This document shows positions 46,734 through 56,892 of a DNA stretch of 64,000 nucleotides, piece after piece. The notes under the pieces are model-generated. The model had not been told where the DNA came from. It saw only the letters and a program-made list of their open reading frames with translations, and did not search any database. The stretch comes from Candidatus Cloacimonadales bacterium (GTDB lineage Bacteria > Cloacimonadota > Cloacimonadia > Cloacimonadales > JAIOQZ01): assembly GCA_963665815.1 (NCBI GenBank), contig OY762463.1:3872001-3936000 (forward strand). Reading direction: 5' to 3'. Within the stretch, counting starts at the first letter, position 1, and every line of letters starts with the position of its first letter. The translations under genes and the position numbers were made by a program.

Positions 46734-47996
46734 TTATTTCAGAAGAACAAGTTTTTGTCTACTAATTCCAAATTTTGTCTTCAGAATTGCAAAATAAATA
46801 CCTGATGCCTGCTTGTCAGCGTTCCATATAATTTTATGTGTTCCTTTAGAATACGGTTTGTTCTCCAGGGATACAACTTTTTGTCCCTTTATGTTATAAA
46901 TTGATATTTCAACGTTGGATTCTGTCGGTAATGAGAATTCAAGGGCAGTTTGCGGATTAAATGGATTTGGATAGCATTTGAGATTTGTTTTGAATACCGG
47001 TACTGTATTTTCTGATATTCCAACTCCATAGCCGTAAGTCAATCTACCGGAATCTACCCATTCTCTTGAAGCGGTATCTACAAGCTCCTGTGAGAGGAAA
47101 ACAGATGGCTTGTCATCATTATTGTACGTAATCGTTCCTCTGGAGTCATTATACCAGTCTGTCATATCCCATGAAAAATCATCCCAGGACATGGGCTTAT
47201 TGCCGTTATAAATATATTCAGTTTTATCTTCATTCATCCAGGTTCCGCTTTCCCAATACTGATCAATTTCTACAGTCATATTATCACCATCATATGTGAA
47301 TAGTTCATTCTCATCATTTTGCCAGGCGGATCCATCATACCAGTATAGAGTCATTGTGGAAACGTGTCCACCTGCCCAGGTAAGAACGTACTTTTCAGAG
47401 TCTTCAGGACGATCCCAGCCGTATTCCTGAATCAGTACTTCTGTCAGCTCTGAACCATTATATGTGTATGTCCATTGTTGCGAGTCAACCCATCCTCCAT
47501 TAATCATATCCGGAACTTGAACGAGGCACGAAGATATACCTTCAGTTACCCATGTGTAGCTTTCACGTCCTATAACTGTTGGCGACCCCATATAATCCAT
47601 TGACATCTCAATATGAGAAATCTGACCACCAGCCCAGACAACGTTATATGAAACAGTTACAGGTTGTCCCCCATAATTGTATGTCATATTGACGCGTGAC
47701 ACACCTTCACCATTATATTCTATAGTTGTGCTGCCTACAGTTGCCCATGTTCCCGTTGAGTCTATGTATTCCTGATGTACCGAAGTACAGTTAAACATGC
47801 TGTAAAGCATGGGCATTGTGAGGTATGTAGGATAAACTTCATTAACGATTGGATCGAAATAATGTCTTGAATTCTGTAGTGCTGTTCTAGTTAAAGATTC
47901 TTTCTGCAAGTTGATTAAATCATCATAATCAATTTCGAATGATGATAAGCTCATTGCAGCAACAAAAACAAATAAAATAAATAGTAATTTTTTCAT
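46734..47996 (-). CDS. Secreted W/Y-rich repeat protein (DUF3836-like) with C-terminal sorting domain (copy B)
   Basis: Paralog of 45415-46677, same length 420 aa (R.Y.DPI.NEVYP); CYPNPFNPQTAL. Confidence 0.7.
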   Translation of the reverse strand: MKKLLFILFVFVAAMSLSSFEIDYDDLINLQKESLTRTALQNSRHYFDPIVNEVYPTYLTMPMLYSMFNCTSVHQEYIDSTGTWATVGSTTIEYNGEGVSRVNMTYNYGGQPVTVSYNVVWAGGQISHIEMSMDYMGSPTVIGRESYTWVTEGISSCLVQVPDMINGGWVDSQQWTYTYNGSELTEVLIQEYGWDRPEDSEKYVLTWAGGHVSTMTLYWYDGSAWQNDENELFTYDGDNMTVEIDQYWESGTWMNEDKTEYIYNGNKPMSWDDFSWDMTDWYNDSRGTITYNNDDKPSVFLSQELVDTASREWVDSGRLTYGYGVGISENTVPVFKTNLKCYPNPFNPQTALEFSLPTESNVEISIYNIKGQKVVSLENKPYSKGTHKIIWNADKQASGIYFAILKTKFGISRQKLVLLK

Positions 47997-48141
47997 CTTA
48001 ACCTCCAGATTAATATATAATTACAGGTAAAATCTAAAAGATATTTCAAATTGTGCAATATAAAAATGTTCAGGAAGTGTTTTTATTCACAGATATAAAA
48101 AAAAGACCTGCCCCAAAGCAGGTCTGACGAGTATATTGTAT

Positions 48142-49095
48142 TTATTTAATGATTTCAGCATTTCTCAATAGACTTAAATCAAATGTAACTCCAAGCTTTT
48201 CTGCATACTTCATGTTAAGGAAGAGTTTTCCCTGAGTGTTTTTCTCGATTTTTATGTCTGAAGGATTTGTACCTTTTAGTATCTTCAATGCAGCTGTTGC
48301 AGCCCAGGTTCCTTGTTCCTGGCTGCTTTTAGCAAAGCTGATAAGTGTAAAATCTCCCATCCAGTCATAGATAGAACCAATTGGTAATGCAATATTCTGC
48401 TGAAGAAATTCTTTCGCTTTCTGATCGTTCCAACCAGTCATTCCGGCATTATTCTCGAAAACAATCATATCCGTTGACTTCTGTAGATCCAACATTTGTT
48501 TTTTCCAGTCCTCAAATGTTTTTACATAAACTACTTTCTCATATTTAATTCCCAGAAGCTTTGAAGAATTTTCTCCTTCTTTGTGTGATGATGGTGTATC
48601 TGCTGAGATAAAAGAGACTCTATTACCTTTTGCATATTTTTTCATATTGTTGATTAGTGCATTATAAAGACCTACTTCCACCATACCTGTTGTATTTTTG
48701 TAAGGGAAGCCATAAATTTTTTCGTCCCAGTTTACACCGCAGAAAACAAATGGAATTTCAGAGTTCTTGAAATATTCTTTAATAATGTATTTGCTGGCAT
48801 TATCATCTGCTGCAATTACAACATCCGGCTTGTAGTTCTCAATAAGCCTTTTTGCTTTGACGGCTGCTTGCTTTTTAAATGCTTCTGATCCATTTCTTTT
48901 TGTGTCCATTCTATACACTTTCAGTTCAGCTCCGGAAGGTTCGATAACCATTTTAATACCTTCTGTAATACCGTCGCTCCAGGCATATCCTTCATGATAT
49001 GAGTCTATAAAAAGGACCTTCTTTCCTTGTTGAGCGAAAATTAATGAGCTTAATAGAACCAGAACTATTAACATTGAAATCTTAAGATTGTACAT
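48142..49095 (-). CDS. ABC-type substrate-binding protein (sensor-associated type)
   Basis: KKVLFIDSYHEGYAWSDGI, PDVVIAADDNA, PFVFCGVN, EQG..AA..ALKIL.G. Confidence 0.8.
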   Translation of the reverse strand: MYNLKISMLIVLVLLSSLIFAQQGKKVLFIDSYHEGYAWSDGITEGIKMVIEPSGAELKVYRMDTKRNGSEAFKKQAAVKAKRLIENYKPDVVIAADDNASKYIIKEYFKNSEIPFVFCGVNWDEKIYGFPYKNTTGMVEVGLYNALINNMKKYAKGNRVSFISADTPSSHKEGENSSKLLGIKYEKVVYVKTFEDWKKQMLDLQKSTDMIVFENNAGMTGWNDQKAKEFLQQNIALPIGSIYDWMGDFTLISFAKSSQEQGTWAATAALKILKGTNPSDIKIEKNTQGKLFLNMKYAEKLGVTFDLSLLRNAEIIK

Positions 49096-49230
49096 ACATT
49101 TCTCCTTCTAAATTTAAAAAAATGTAAGTTGAATGTTTTTAAATGTCAAATATTTTCTGTCTATCAGGATAAAAAAAATTACGTTACCGAAACTGTCTTG
49201 ATATGAATGGAAATTAGATTTTTCTGTAAT

Positions 49231-50331
49231 CTACCGTCTGATACAGTTATTGTAAATTTTCAGTATATTACTACGGAAGTACAAGCTTGTTAGATCATCA
49301 TTATGTCCTTTACACGAATAATCGTAAGTAAAGGAAAAATAATCTTTCAGCCCGATTTTGAATCCCATACCAACTGATTGGGCATTGAAAAGATCATCTT
49401 TATTTCTTTGTCTGTAAATCCAGTCTTCATCATCGTAGAAACCGTAGCGCAGGAAAACTGTATCCAGAAATCCTAATTCCAGCCCGTTTGTGTGAAAATC
49501 CTGAACATCGATTGATCCGTGGTCAAATAAATGCTCAATGGCATGTGCATACATAACAGAAAAGTAATTATCAATGAATGGTGAGAGGAATGTACCTTCA
49601 GTGGAGTAAATGCTTGCTTTTCCGGAAAATCCCCACAGCAGACCTCTAATGAATGTTTCACTATCATCTGTGTACTTCATTTCAGTATCAAAAAGATTAG
49701 TATGTGTTACTGCCTGAACAAGTTCAATATTTAAGTACCTGCCATCTTTAAAGGTAATGGGTCTGATAGTGTTTACAATGCCTATATTGGTGAAAAAGCC
49801 ATAAGCATCACCATAAGAATTCTCAAATATACTGAATGTGTTTGACAGTCCGATTGCTGCCTCCCATTTATTGCCATAAGGTCTGTAGTCAAAATAATCA
49901 AATGGATTGAAGGCAATACTGAATGTGTAGTTTTTATCTGAACCTGAACTTGAATTTGATTGATACTCACTTTCTTCAGAGCTTACAGTGTAGCCAAACT
50001 TAGTATCAGAATTGAGTAATGGAAATGAGAGTCCGATTCCATTCCTGTAAGTTGAAACATTAGATTCGTATAGATGTATATTAACAGGATAATGTTCTAA
50101 CCACTTATCTTGCATGAAACCAACTGATATGTCATAATTACTGAAGCCCAATAAAGCAGGATTAGCCCGTAATGAATTTGGATTCTGGTCCCATATCAGT
50201 GATGGATTATGAATGTTTCCAAAACTTCTGCTGTAAGCATTTGGTACGAGATAGACATTCCCTGCATATTGTGCAGACAATGTTGCTGTTATTACCAGTA
50301 AGAGTATAATAGTAATCTTTAGTTTTAACAA
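49231..50331 (-). CDS. PorV/PorQ-like outer-membrane protein
   Basis: Signal peptide; ANPALLG near N-terminus, GLELGFLDTVFLRYGF, SVGMGF, FSFTYDYS. Confidence 0.55.
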   Translation of the reverse strand: MLKLKITIILLLVITATLSAQYAGNVYLVPNAYSRSFGNIHNPSLIWDQNPNSLRANPALLGFSNYDISVGFMQDKWLEHYPVNIHLYESNVSTYRNGIGLSFPLLNSDTKFGYTVSSEESEYQSNSSSGSDKNYTFSIAFNPFDYFDYRPYGNKWEAAIGLSNTFSIFENSYGDAYGFFTNIGIVNTIRPITFKDGRYLNIELVQAVTHTNLFDTEMKYTDDSETFIRGLLWGFSGKASIYSTEGTFLSPFIDNYFSVMYAHAIEHLFDHGSIDVQDFHTNGLELGFLDTVFLRYGFYDDEDWIYRQRNKDDLFNAQSVGMGFKIGLKDYFSFTYDYSCKGHNDDLTSLYFRSNILKIYNNCIRR

Positions 50332-50366
50332 TTTTCACCTTCTTAACAATTACTTCACTAAAACAT

Positions 50367-51557
50367 TTACTCATTGTTGTCTAGTTTTTCATTATCCTGG
50401 CTACTTTCTTCCGGCAGCTCAATATTATCTTCAGTTGATTCTACAGAATCAATTTCCTCATTCGATACTGTGCTGTTTCCGTTTTCAGATGAGAGAGCTT
50501 TGACTGGATTTACTAATGAGATTTTTTCTGCAGTAATTTTGCTGAAATACCATTTGTATATTTTTTCAATGGCAAATGGTGAATATATTCCAAGAGTGAT
50601 TAGAGATAAAAGACCTTCGATGAGTATAAGTTTGTATCCTTCACCTGTATTCCCTTCGAATTTGAATTCAAACTTTGCTGCTCCGCTATGAACATTGAGT
50701 TTTGATAGCAAAAGATCAGTTATGTTCATGAAAGCCTTTGGAGAATAGAATCCCAGAGTAAGTGCACCAAGTGTTAATTCTCCACCAAAACGGAGATAAT
50801 CTTTGAATTCAAGGTCATTAAAATTAATATCATAGTCTTTATATTTCAGATTGATAATCCAGTCTGCGAAGAGGAGCAGCATTATTGATCCAATAAAAGC
50901 TGATAGAGCGTAAAAAATTATGTATATTGGTATTGGATAGACTGAAGACGTTGTAAAAGAAGCACCAGATAACAACATGAAGGGTATTATAATTATCATA
51001 GAAAGCAGATAGAGACCAAAAACCTTCAAGTATACAATAAACAGTCCTTTGGATGTTCCCTTGAAGGCAAAAGCTGATTCATCATATCCTGTACATCTGA
51101 AAATGTATTTTACCATCATTTTAGTATTCAGCAGAATCAGATAAATCCAGAGGAATGGTAGAACTATTGATACAATTGGTACTTTTAGCCATGCAAAGGC
51201 AAATCCCAGTAGAACAATTCCAATCATGTATACGAAATACAACATCCAGTATCCCAGAACATTCCAGACTGAGAACTCAGCCTTGAACGAGATATCTCCA
51301 AAATGGATGCTGTTCATGATTTTTCTAATGAGTAGAAGTCCGATAATATAGATAATTACGGTTGCAGCAAACATGAATAGTCCACTGAGTACTACTTCTG
51401 AATAGGCCTCTGACATGCTACCCATAGGTTGAATATTTGCAGTGTCCCAGTAATCTTTGAATGAAACAAAAACTATCAACATATTAATTATCAGTAAAGG
51501 GTACCAATAGATTGCCGCCTGTTCCCATTTCAGATTGAAATTAAATCTTTTTGTCAT
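50367..51557 (-). CDS. DUF898/YjgN-like membrane protein (copy A)
   Basis: LTLGFYSP and ITLGIYSP motifs, FxFxG linkers, many TM helices. Confidence 0.7.
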   Translation of the reverse strand: MTKRFNFNLKWEQAAIYWYPLLIINMLIVFVSFKDYWDTANIQPMGSMSEAYSEVVLSGLFMFAATVIIYIIGLLLIRKIMNSIHFGDISFKAEFSVWNVLGYWMLYFVYMIGIVLLGFAFAWLKVPIVSIVLPFLWIYLILLNTKMMVKYIFRCTGYDESAFAFKGTSKGLFIVYLKVFGLYLLSMIIIIPFMLLSGASFTTSSVYPIPIYIIFYALSAFIGSIMLLLFADWIINLKYKDYDINFNDLEFKDYLRFGGELTLGALTLGFYSPKAFMNITDLLLSKLNVHSGAAKFEFKFEGNTGEGYKLILIEGLLSLITLGIYSPFAIEKIYKWYFSKITAEKISLVNPVKALSSENGNSTVSNEEIDSVESTEDNIELPEESSQDNEKLDNNE

Positions 51558-52714
51558 ATGTCCTCCGAATTCTGTATGTTTGCAATTTGTTGTTCTTCTT
51601 TTGGTTGAGGATTTGTACTGCTATCGTTAAAATCATCAATAGTAGATTCATTACATAAATCCTCTGCAATTATATTGCTCAATGTCCATTTTCCCATTCT
51701 TTCAATAGCAAGAGGTGAATATATTCCCAGTGAAAGAACGGAGTACAATGTCTGTTTAAGCAGGAATAAGTAATCATCTTTGGAATTTCCTTCAAAATCA
51801 AGAGCAATTTTCCTGTTTTCATTTGCAACATTAATTTTTGGGAGGAAATGACTAAGGATCTTTTGAATTGCTTTTGGCATATAAAATCCAAGTGTAATAA
51901 TTCCAAGAGTAACTTCTCCGGCATATCTGAAGTAATCCATGATATCAAGTTCAGATAGTTTAATATTGAAATCTTTATACTTGATATTTATTACCCACTC
52001 TAAATTCAATAAGAAAATTACAGAACCGAAGAAAAAGGAGAAAATACGCAGGAATGTGTTTGCGAGTATGGATGCAAAGGTTCCCGTATTGACGGAAGCA
52101 GATTGCAGGGAAATCATTGAATAAACATACGTAAACAACCAGAGTAGAGTTCCAGTCACAAGAATTTTCAACCAGACAATTATCAGTCCGGTCAATGATC
52201 CTTGAAAAACAAATTTATCTGAATTGTATCCGGTTTTCTTTACTATATATTCTACCAGAAGTTTAGTGTTAAGAAGTGCAAGAAAGAGATAGATAAAGGG
52301 ACTTATTAGAATCAGAATTGGGAGTTTCATCAAGGTTATTGCACCGGTAAAAACTGATACTAATAGTAGATATCCGATATACCAGAACATGAATAAAATC
52401 AACTTCCCGGCAGAAAAATCAGCAGTAAAGTTTGCTCCATTGAATACGGTGTTGCCAATTATTCTTCTGTAAATTGGAACAATCAGTTTGGTACTAAAAA
52501 TTCCATAAAGCAGTGATATCCCAAAATATTTGAATAACTCCAAATAATAATCCAATATTTCAGACTCATTCATAGAATTGATCATTACCGGCTGTGAATG
52601 ATCTTTAATAAACCCATAGCTGTATACGTTGAAAACAATTGTTGTTACGAGTAGCAGATACCAGAAAACAGCTATTTGCTTCCAGTTTAATGTAAAATCG
52701 AATCTCTTTGTCAT
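51554..52714 (-). CDS. DUF898/YjgN-like membrane protein (copy B)
   Basis: MTKRFDFTLNW start shared with copy A; ITLGFYMP, LSLGIYSP. Confidence 0.7.
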   Translation of the reverse strand: MTKRFDFTLNWKQIAVFWYLLLVTTIVFNVYSYGFIKDHSQPVMINSMNESEILDYYLELFKYFGISLLYGIFSTKLIVPIYRRIIGNTVFNGANFTADFSAGKLILFMFWYIGYLLLVSVFTGAITLMKLPILILISPFIYLFLALLNTKLLVEYIVKKTGYNSDKFVFQGSLTGLIIVWLKILVTGTLLWLFTYVYSMISLQSASVNTGTFASILANTFLRIFSFFFGSVIFLLNLEWVINIKYKDFNIKLSELDIMDYFRYAGEVTLGIITLGFYMPKAIQKILSHFLPKINVANENRKIALDFEGNSKDDYLFLLKQTLYSVLSLGIYSPLAIERMGKWTLSNIIAEDLCNESTIDDFNDSSTNPQPKEEQQIANIQNSEDI

Positions 52715-52722
52715 ATGTCCCC

Positions 52723-53511
52723 CTAAATCTTCCTGAATGCCCAGTTATTTTTTTCTTTTACTGCAATCTCAGAGACACTGCAGTCTTTCAGAATGTTAAT
52801 TGCCCTGTTGTATACTTTATCAAAATCGTTTACTGTGTGTGAGTCACTTCCCAGAGTCAGCAGTTTACCGCCTTTTTTCAAATACATTAGTATTACTTGT
52901 GGATCAGGTATAAGTGACTCAATTGTATTCCTGAGTCCTGAAGTGTTTATTTCCAGAGCTGTATCGGTTTTAATCAGCAGGTCTGTGAGTTTCTCAAGAT
53001 GAGCTTTGCTGCCTGATAAATCCGGCCAGTTCTTTAGGAAACGTGCATATATTCCAAGATGGCCCAGTATGTCAATTTTGACTGACTCAAGAAGATAGAT
53101 GTTTTCCTCATAATAGAGCTTCATTTCTTTATCTGTAAGTTTGAACTTTAGAGGAACAGAAACGTTGTAACCTCCCGGCATGGCGTGGATTGACCCGATT
53201 TTTACATCCGGTGGATACTTACTGATTATACTGTCTGCAAAAACCTGATTTCTGTGGTATTCTCCAATCTCCAGTCCATATTTAAGCTTTATAGCAGGAT
53301 ATTCCAGCTGTAGTTTATTGATATCTCTGACGAGTAGTCTCAGAGGGGGAATTCCATAGTCAGCGATCTCCTGCGGATCACTCTCAAAATGCTCGGTAAA
53401 TGCGAGTTCTTCATAACCAAGTTCAACGGCTTTTTGCACATAGTTTGCCATTTTCTCGCTGCTGTCACCACTAAAATCTGTATGTATATGATAATCTATT
53501 TGTCTTTTCAT
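52723..53511 (-). CDS. PHP-family histidinol-phosphatase-like protein
   Basis: DYHIHT.FS.DS, FTEH, IGSIH, ILGHL, LEINTSG, LGSDSH. Confidence 0.88.
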   Translation of the reverse strand: MKRQIDYHIHTDFSGDSSEKMANYVQKAVELGYEELAFTEHFESDPQEIADYGIPPLRLLVRDINKLQLEYPAIKLKYGLEIGEYHRNQVFADSIISKYPPDVKIGSIHAMPGGYNVSVPLKFKLTDKEMKLYYEENIYLLESVKIDILGHLGIYARFLKNWPDLSGSKAHLEKLTDLLIKTDTALEINTSGLRNTIESLIPDPQVILMYLKKGGKLLTLGSDSHTVNDFDKVYNRAINILKDCSVSEIAVKEKNNWAFRKI

Positions 53512-53583
53512 AAAAACCTTAGTATGTTTAATAATATTCTCTTTACAAACTTTTGAGAAAATAGACTGTTTAGCAAGGTTTTT

Positions 53584-54255
53584 ATGGAAAACAGAATAAA
53601 AAAAATATCAATCAACCGTTATAAAAACGGAGCAGTATCCGAAGTGTCGGATAATGTAGTAGTTGAAGAACAACTGTTTCTTTACAGAAACAGCCATCTC
53701 ATCGCAGAATTCCACTGCAGTGAGTCAGATATTCAGGAACTTGTTACAGGTTATCTTGTCAGTAATGCAATTGTATGTAATAAAGAGCTATATGTTGTTA
53801 AGACTGATTCCGATAAGGTTGTATTCAGTGACTGCATTACTATTGAAAATAGCGATAATAACGATATCTCGAATGTGAGAATTACTCATACTGAAGCCTT
53901 GGGTGCTGTCAAAGATTTTACACAGATGTCTGAACTTTTCAGGCTTACAGGAGCAGTGCACAGCTCTGCAATTTTTCATAATGGAACATTATCCTGTTTT
54001 GCGGAAGATATCAGTAGAACCCATGCAATAGAAAAAACAATCGGAAAAGCATATGTGAACGGGATCAGATTATTTGAATGCGCATTAATCTGCAGCTGCC
54101 GGGTTAACAGGAAAATTGCTGTGATGGCAGTTAACTCAGGGATTGGTTGTATCGTGTCCAGATCAGCTGTAAGTGATAAGGCAATTAGTATGTGCAGAAA
54201 TGCCGGAATTCAGTTGATTGGTTTTACTCGTGGAGATGTTTGTAATATCTATTGA
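53584..54255 (+). CDS. fdhD: Formate dehydrogenase accessory sulfurtransferase FdhD (short form)
   Basis: VVVEEQL, ELVTGYL, LFRLTGAVHSSA, AEDISRTHAIEKTIG, SRSAVS, LIGFTR. Confidence 0.8.
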   Translation: MENRIKKISINRYKNGAVSEVSDNVVVEEQLFLYRNSHLIAEFHCSESDIQELVTGYLVSNAIVCNKELYVVKTDSDKVVFSDCITIENSDNNDISNVRITHTEALGAVKDFTQMSELFRLTGAVHSSAIFHNGTLSCFAEDISRTHAIEKTIGKAYVNGIRLFECALICSCRVNRKIAVMAVNSGIGCIVSRSAVSDKAISMCRNAGIQLIGFTRGDVCNIY

Positions 54256-54836
54256 TCGTAGCTGTAGTACAGCAGGCTTCTGTAATCTTCCTGTGTATTA
54301 ATGTTACGGAATGCAGGATCATCAGCAGAGGTTTTGTAATAGCAGACATTTACCTGATCAAGAAATTTGTGGATAGCATACTCACCTTCGTTAATTTGAT
54401 CTTCAATAACAGACAGGCACTTTTTTGAATAGATTGCATGTAACGGTTCAATACCTATTTCATGTTTTGGCATTAGGACATCACATTTTGCTTTATTGTA
54501 TTCCTCAAGCATCATTTCAATTTTTTTGAGAGTAATAAATGGCATATCACAGGCAAAGCAGAATACGGAATCATTGGCTGCATAATGCAGAGCTCCCAGA
54601 ATACCCCCAATAGGTCCGGCAAAATCAATAGGATCGTTATATACAGGATAATTTGTTCTGAACGGAATAGAGCCGATTACAAACACATCATCAACAACTT
54701 TTTCTGTTGTTTTCAGGATTTTCTCAATAATGAACTCATTGTTTACTTTAAGATAAATCTTGTTGTATGGGAATCTTGTGCTCAACCCCCCTGCAAGTAC
54801 ACATGCAGATACTTTCGAGTATGTATCACTTTTCAT
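54249..54836 (-). CDS. mobA: Molybdenum cofactor guanylyltransferase
   Basis: VLAGGLSTRF..NK, GPIGGI, FACDMPFI, EPLHAIY, FRNINTQED. Confidence 0.92.
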   Translation of the reverse strand: MKSDTYSKVSACVLAGGLSTRFPYNKIYLKVNNEFIIEKILKTTEKVVDDVFVIGSIPFRTNYPVYNDPIDFAGPIGGILGALHYAANDSVFCFACDMPFITLKKIEMMLEEYNKAKCDVLMPKHEIGIEPLHAIYSKKCLSVIEDQINEGEYAIHKFLDQVNVCYYKTSADDPAFRNINTQEDYRSLLYYSYDQ

Positions 54837-56778
54837 TTTCTTTCAGAAATTCCATTCCTTTTCTTGTTATGTATCGATAGTCACCTTTTCTTGTGATAAT
54901 TGCTTCTGAATCGAATTTTGCCAGCATCAGAAGGCAAATCTTTCTGTTTCCATCTACCAGATCTCTGAATGTTGCTACAGTGAACCCTTCTTCATGCTCA
55001 AGAGCATATTTGAGAAGAGTTATACGAGATTTATCTACTATCTCTGACCAGATGAAATTCCCGTCAAGATTGTAGCAGAATTTTCTGTTCGTCAAGTAAC
55101 TTAGAACCTGCTTGAGCTTCGTCTCGTTCATACCCAGATTGTGTGATGCAGGTACAAGTTCCGACCAGAGAGGAACACGCATGTTTGAGTTTGATATGAA
55201 GTGTTTAACAAAGCGGATATGTTTATGATCCTGCTCGTTGAGGACTACATTGTGATTACCTAATGCCCAGGTATGTTCTATTTTTTTGACAATGCTGCGG
55301 CTCTCAAGATCAGTCAGCACTATTCTCATGACTTTTTCCAGAGATGTGTCTCTATGGACTCCGAATACTCCCATTATTTCCTGGAATGTTCGACCACGTT
55401 CTTCAATTGGATTCCTCTTGTGGAAAATCTGCAAATGACGCTTTATTTTCCTCTCAAGCTTATCGAGAAGGGTTCTTTTCCAGAGGAAAATGTTTTCTTT
55501 GTCTGATAATACGGCAATATCCTCTGCAACGTCTTTTTCCACAGCTTTCCAGATGTCAAATTTTGGTGCATTCAGGATGTCTGCAATCTCATCATCACTG
55601 AGCGGAAGCAAACGTTTTCTGGCTTCTGCTGAGATTTTCTCGCTGACGTCACCTTTGACCAGTTTAACCAGGGCAGAAATAAGTCCGTCAGGTCGTCTTT
55701 TATGGTGCAGAGGGTTGGCATCAATGATTTCACCACCACCAAGAGTAAGGTCATTGGAAGTATTACGTATGATGAATCTGTCACCATACTGGCAGATACA
55801 CGGCTTTTCCAGATGGATCTGAGCAATGGCATTGTCACCACCTTCCAGTCTGTCTTTATTGATCAGGTGAATCTTAGCTTGAGAATAGTATGTTCCTACA
55901 AGAATCTGTACGTGAGACCAGAGATGGATTGCCTTAACGTTTTTGAACAGTGACAGCTCAACATCAATCATTTCTGTTGATTTGATAAATCTATCTGTCA
56001 GCATCTGACCACGCTTGAACTCTTTCTTCTGGAAGTTACCAACATTTATGGATGCTCTGTCGCCAGCTTGAATAATTTCTACATCCTCACCGAACTTCTC
56101 GAATTTACGGATTTTTAACTCTTTGTATTCCGGAAGCAGGAAAAGGTTGTCGGTCTTAAGCAGTTCACCGCTTTCAACTGTTCCATTGACGATTGTACCG
56201 TAACCCTGAACGTTAAACACTCTGTCTATATACATACGGAAGACTTCACCATGAGATCTTTCATCGAGAGAGTTTACTGTGTTCTCAATCTCAGCAACAA
56301 GATCGGGAATACCTTCACCGGATTTTGCAGAAACCTTTACGATAGGGGCATTTTCCAGGAATGTTCCTTCAAATTCTTCTCTCAGTTCTTCTTCTGCCAG
56401 TTCAAGAAGCTCCTCATCAACAAGGTCGGTTTTTGTGAGAGCAACAATACAATTGTGGATTTTAAGCATATCCATAATCTGTATGTGCTCAAGAGTTTGA
56501 GGCATGATCCCGCTGTCGGCAGCAATAACAAGCAGACCAAAGTCTATACCGGAAGCACCGGAGATCATAGTATTAACAAAGTCTTTGTGTCCGGGAACGT
56601 CAATGATGCCGATCTGGTTTTCTTCTGAAAGTTTCAGGTTGGTGAATCCGAGATTGATTGTGATTCCCCTGAGCTGTTCTTCTTTATGTGTATCGCAGTT
56701 ATAGCCTGTAAGTTTCTGAATAAGGGTTGTCTTTCCATGGTCAATATGACCGGCTGTTCCCATAATCAGGTGTTTCAT
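54826..56778 (-). CDS. selB: Selenocysteine-specific elongation factor
   Basis: GTAGHIDHGKTTL, EEQLRGITINLGF, DVPGH, DRVF...G.GTIV, GDRFIIR, C-terminal winged helix FRDLVDGNRK. Confidence 0.95.
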   Translation of the reverse strand: MKHLIMGTAGHIDHGKTTLIQKLTGYNCDTHKEEQLRGITINLGFTNLKLSEENQIGIIDVPGHKDFVNTMISGASGIDFGLLVIAADSGIMPQTLEHIQIMDMLKIHNCIVALTKTDLVDEELLELAEEELREEFEGTFLENAPIVKVSAKSGEGIPDLVAEIENTVNSLDERSHGEVFRMYIDRVFNVQGYGTIVNGTVESGELLKTDNLFLLPEYKELKIRKFEKFGEDVEIIQAGDRASINVGNFQKKEFKRGQMLTDRFIKSTEMIDVELSLFKNVKAIHLWSHVQILVGTYYSQAKIHLINKDRLEGGDNAIAQIHLEKPCICQYGDRFIIRNTSNDLTLGGGEIIDANPLHHKRRPDGLISALVKLVKGDVSEKISAEARKRLLPLSDDEIADILNAPKFDIWKAVEKDVAEDIAVLSDKENIFLWKRTLLDKLERKIKRHLQIFHKRNPIEERGRTFQEIMGVFGVHRDTSLEKVMRIVLTDLESRSIVKKIEHTWALGNHNVVLNEQDHKHIRFVKHFISNSNMRVPLWSELVPASHNLGMNETKLKQVLSYLTNRKFCYNLDGNFIWSEIVDKSRITLLKYALEHEEGFTVATFRDLVDGNRKICLLMLAKFDSEAIITRKGDYRYITRKGMEFLKENEK

Positions 56779-56859
56779 ATATTTATCCGTCCGTAAAGAG
56801 TTTTTAACAGCATGGAATGTATGGAAAAGCTGTCAATGATAATTCTGGAAATCAAAACA

Positions 56860-56882
56860 AAGGCTGCCTGATTGGCAGCCTT
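56860..56882 (-). terminator. Terminator after creD
   Basis: AAGGCTGCC-N5-GGCAGCCTT with T-rich tail on the minus strand. Confidence 0.7.
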
Positions 56883-56892
56883 GCTATAATAT

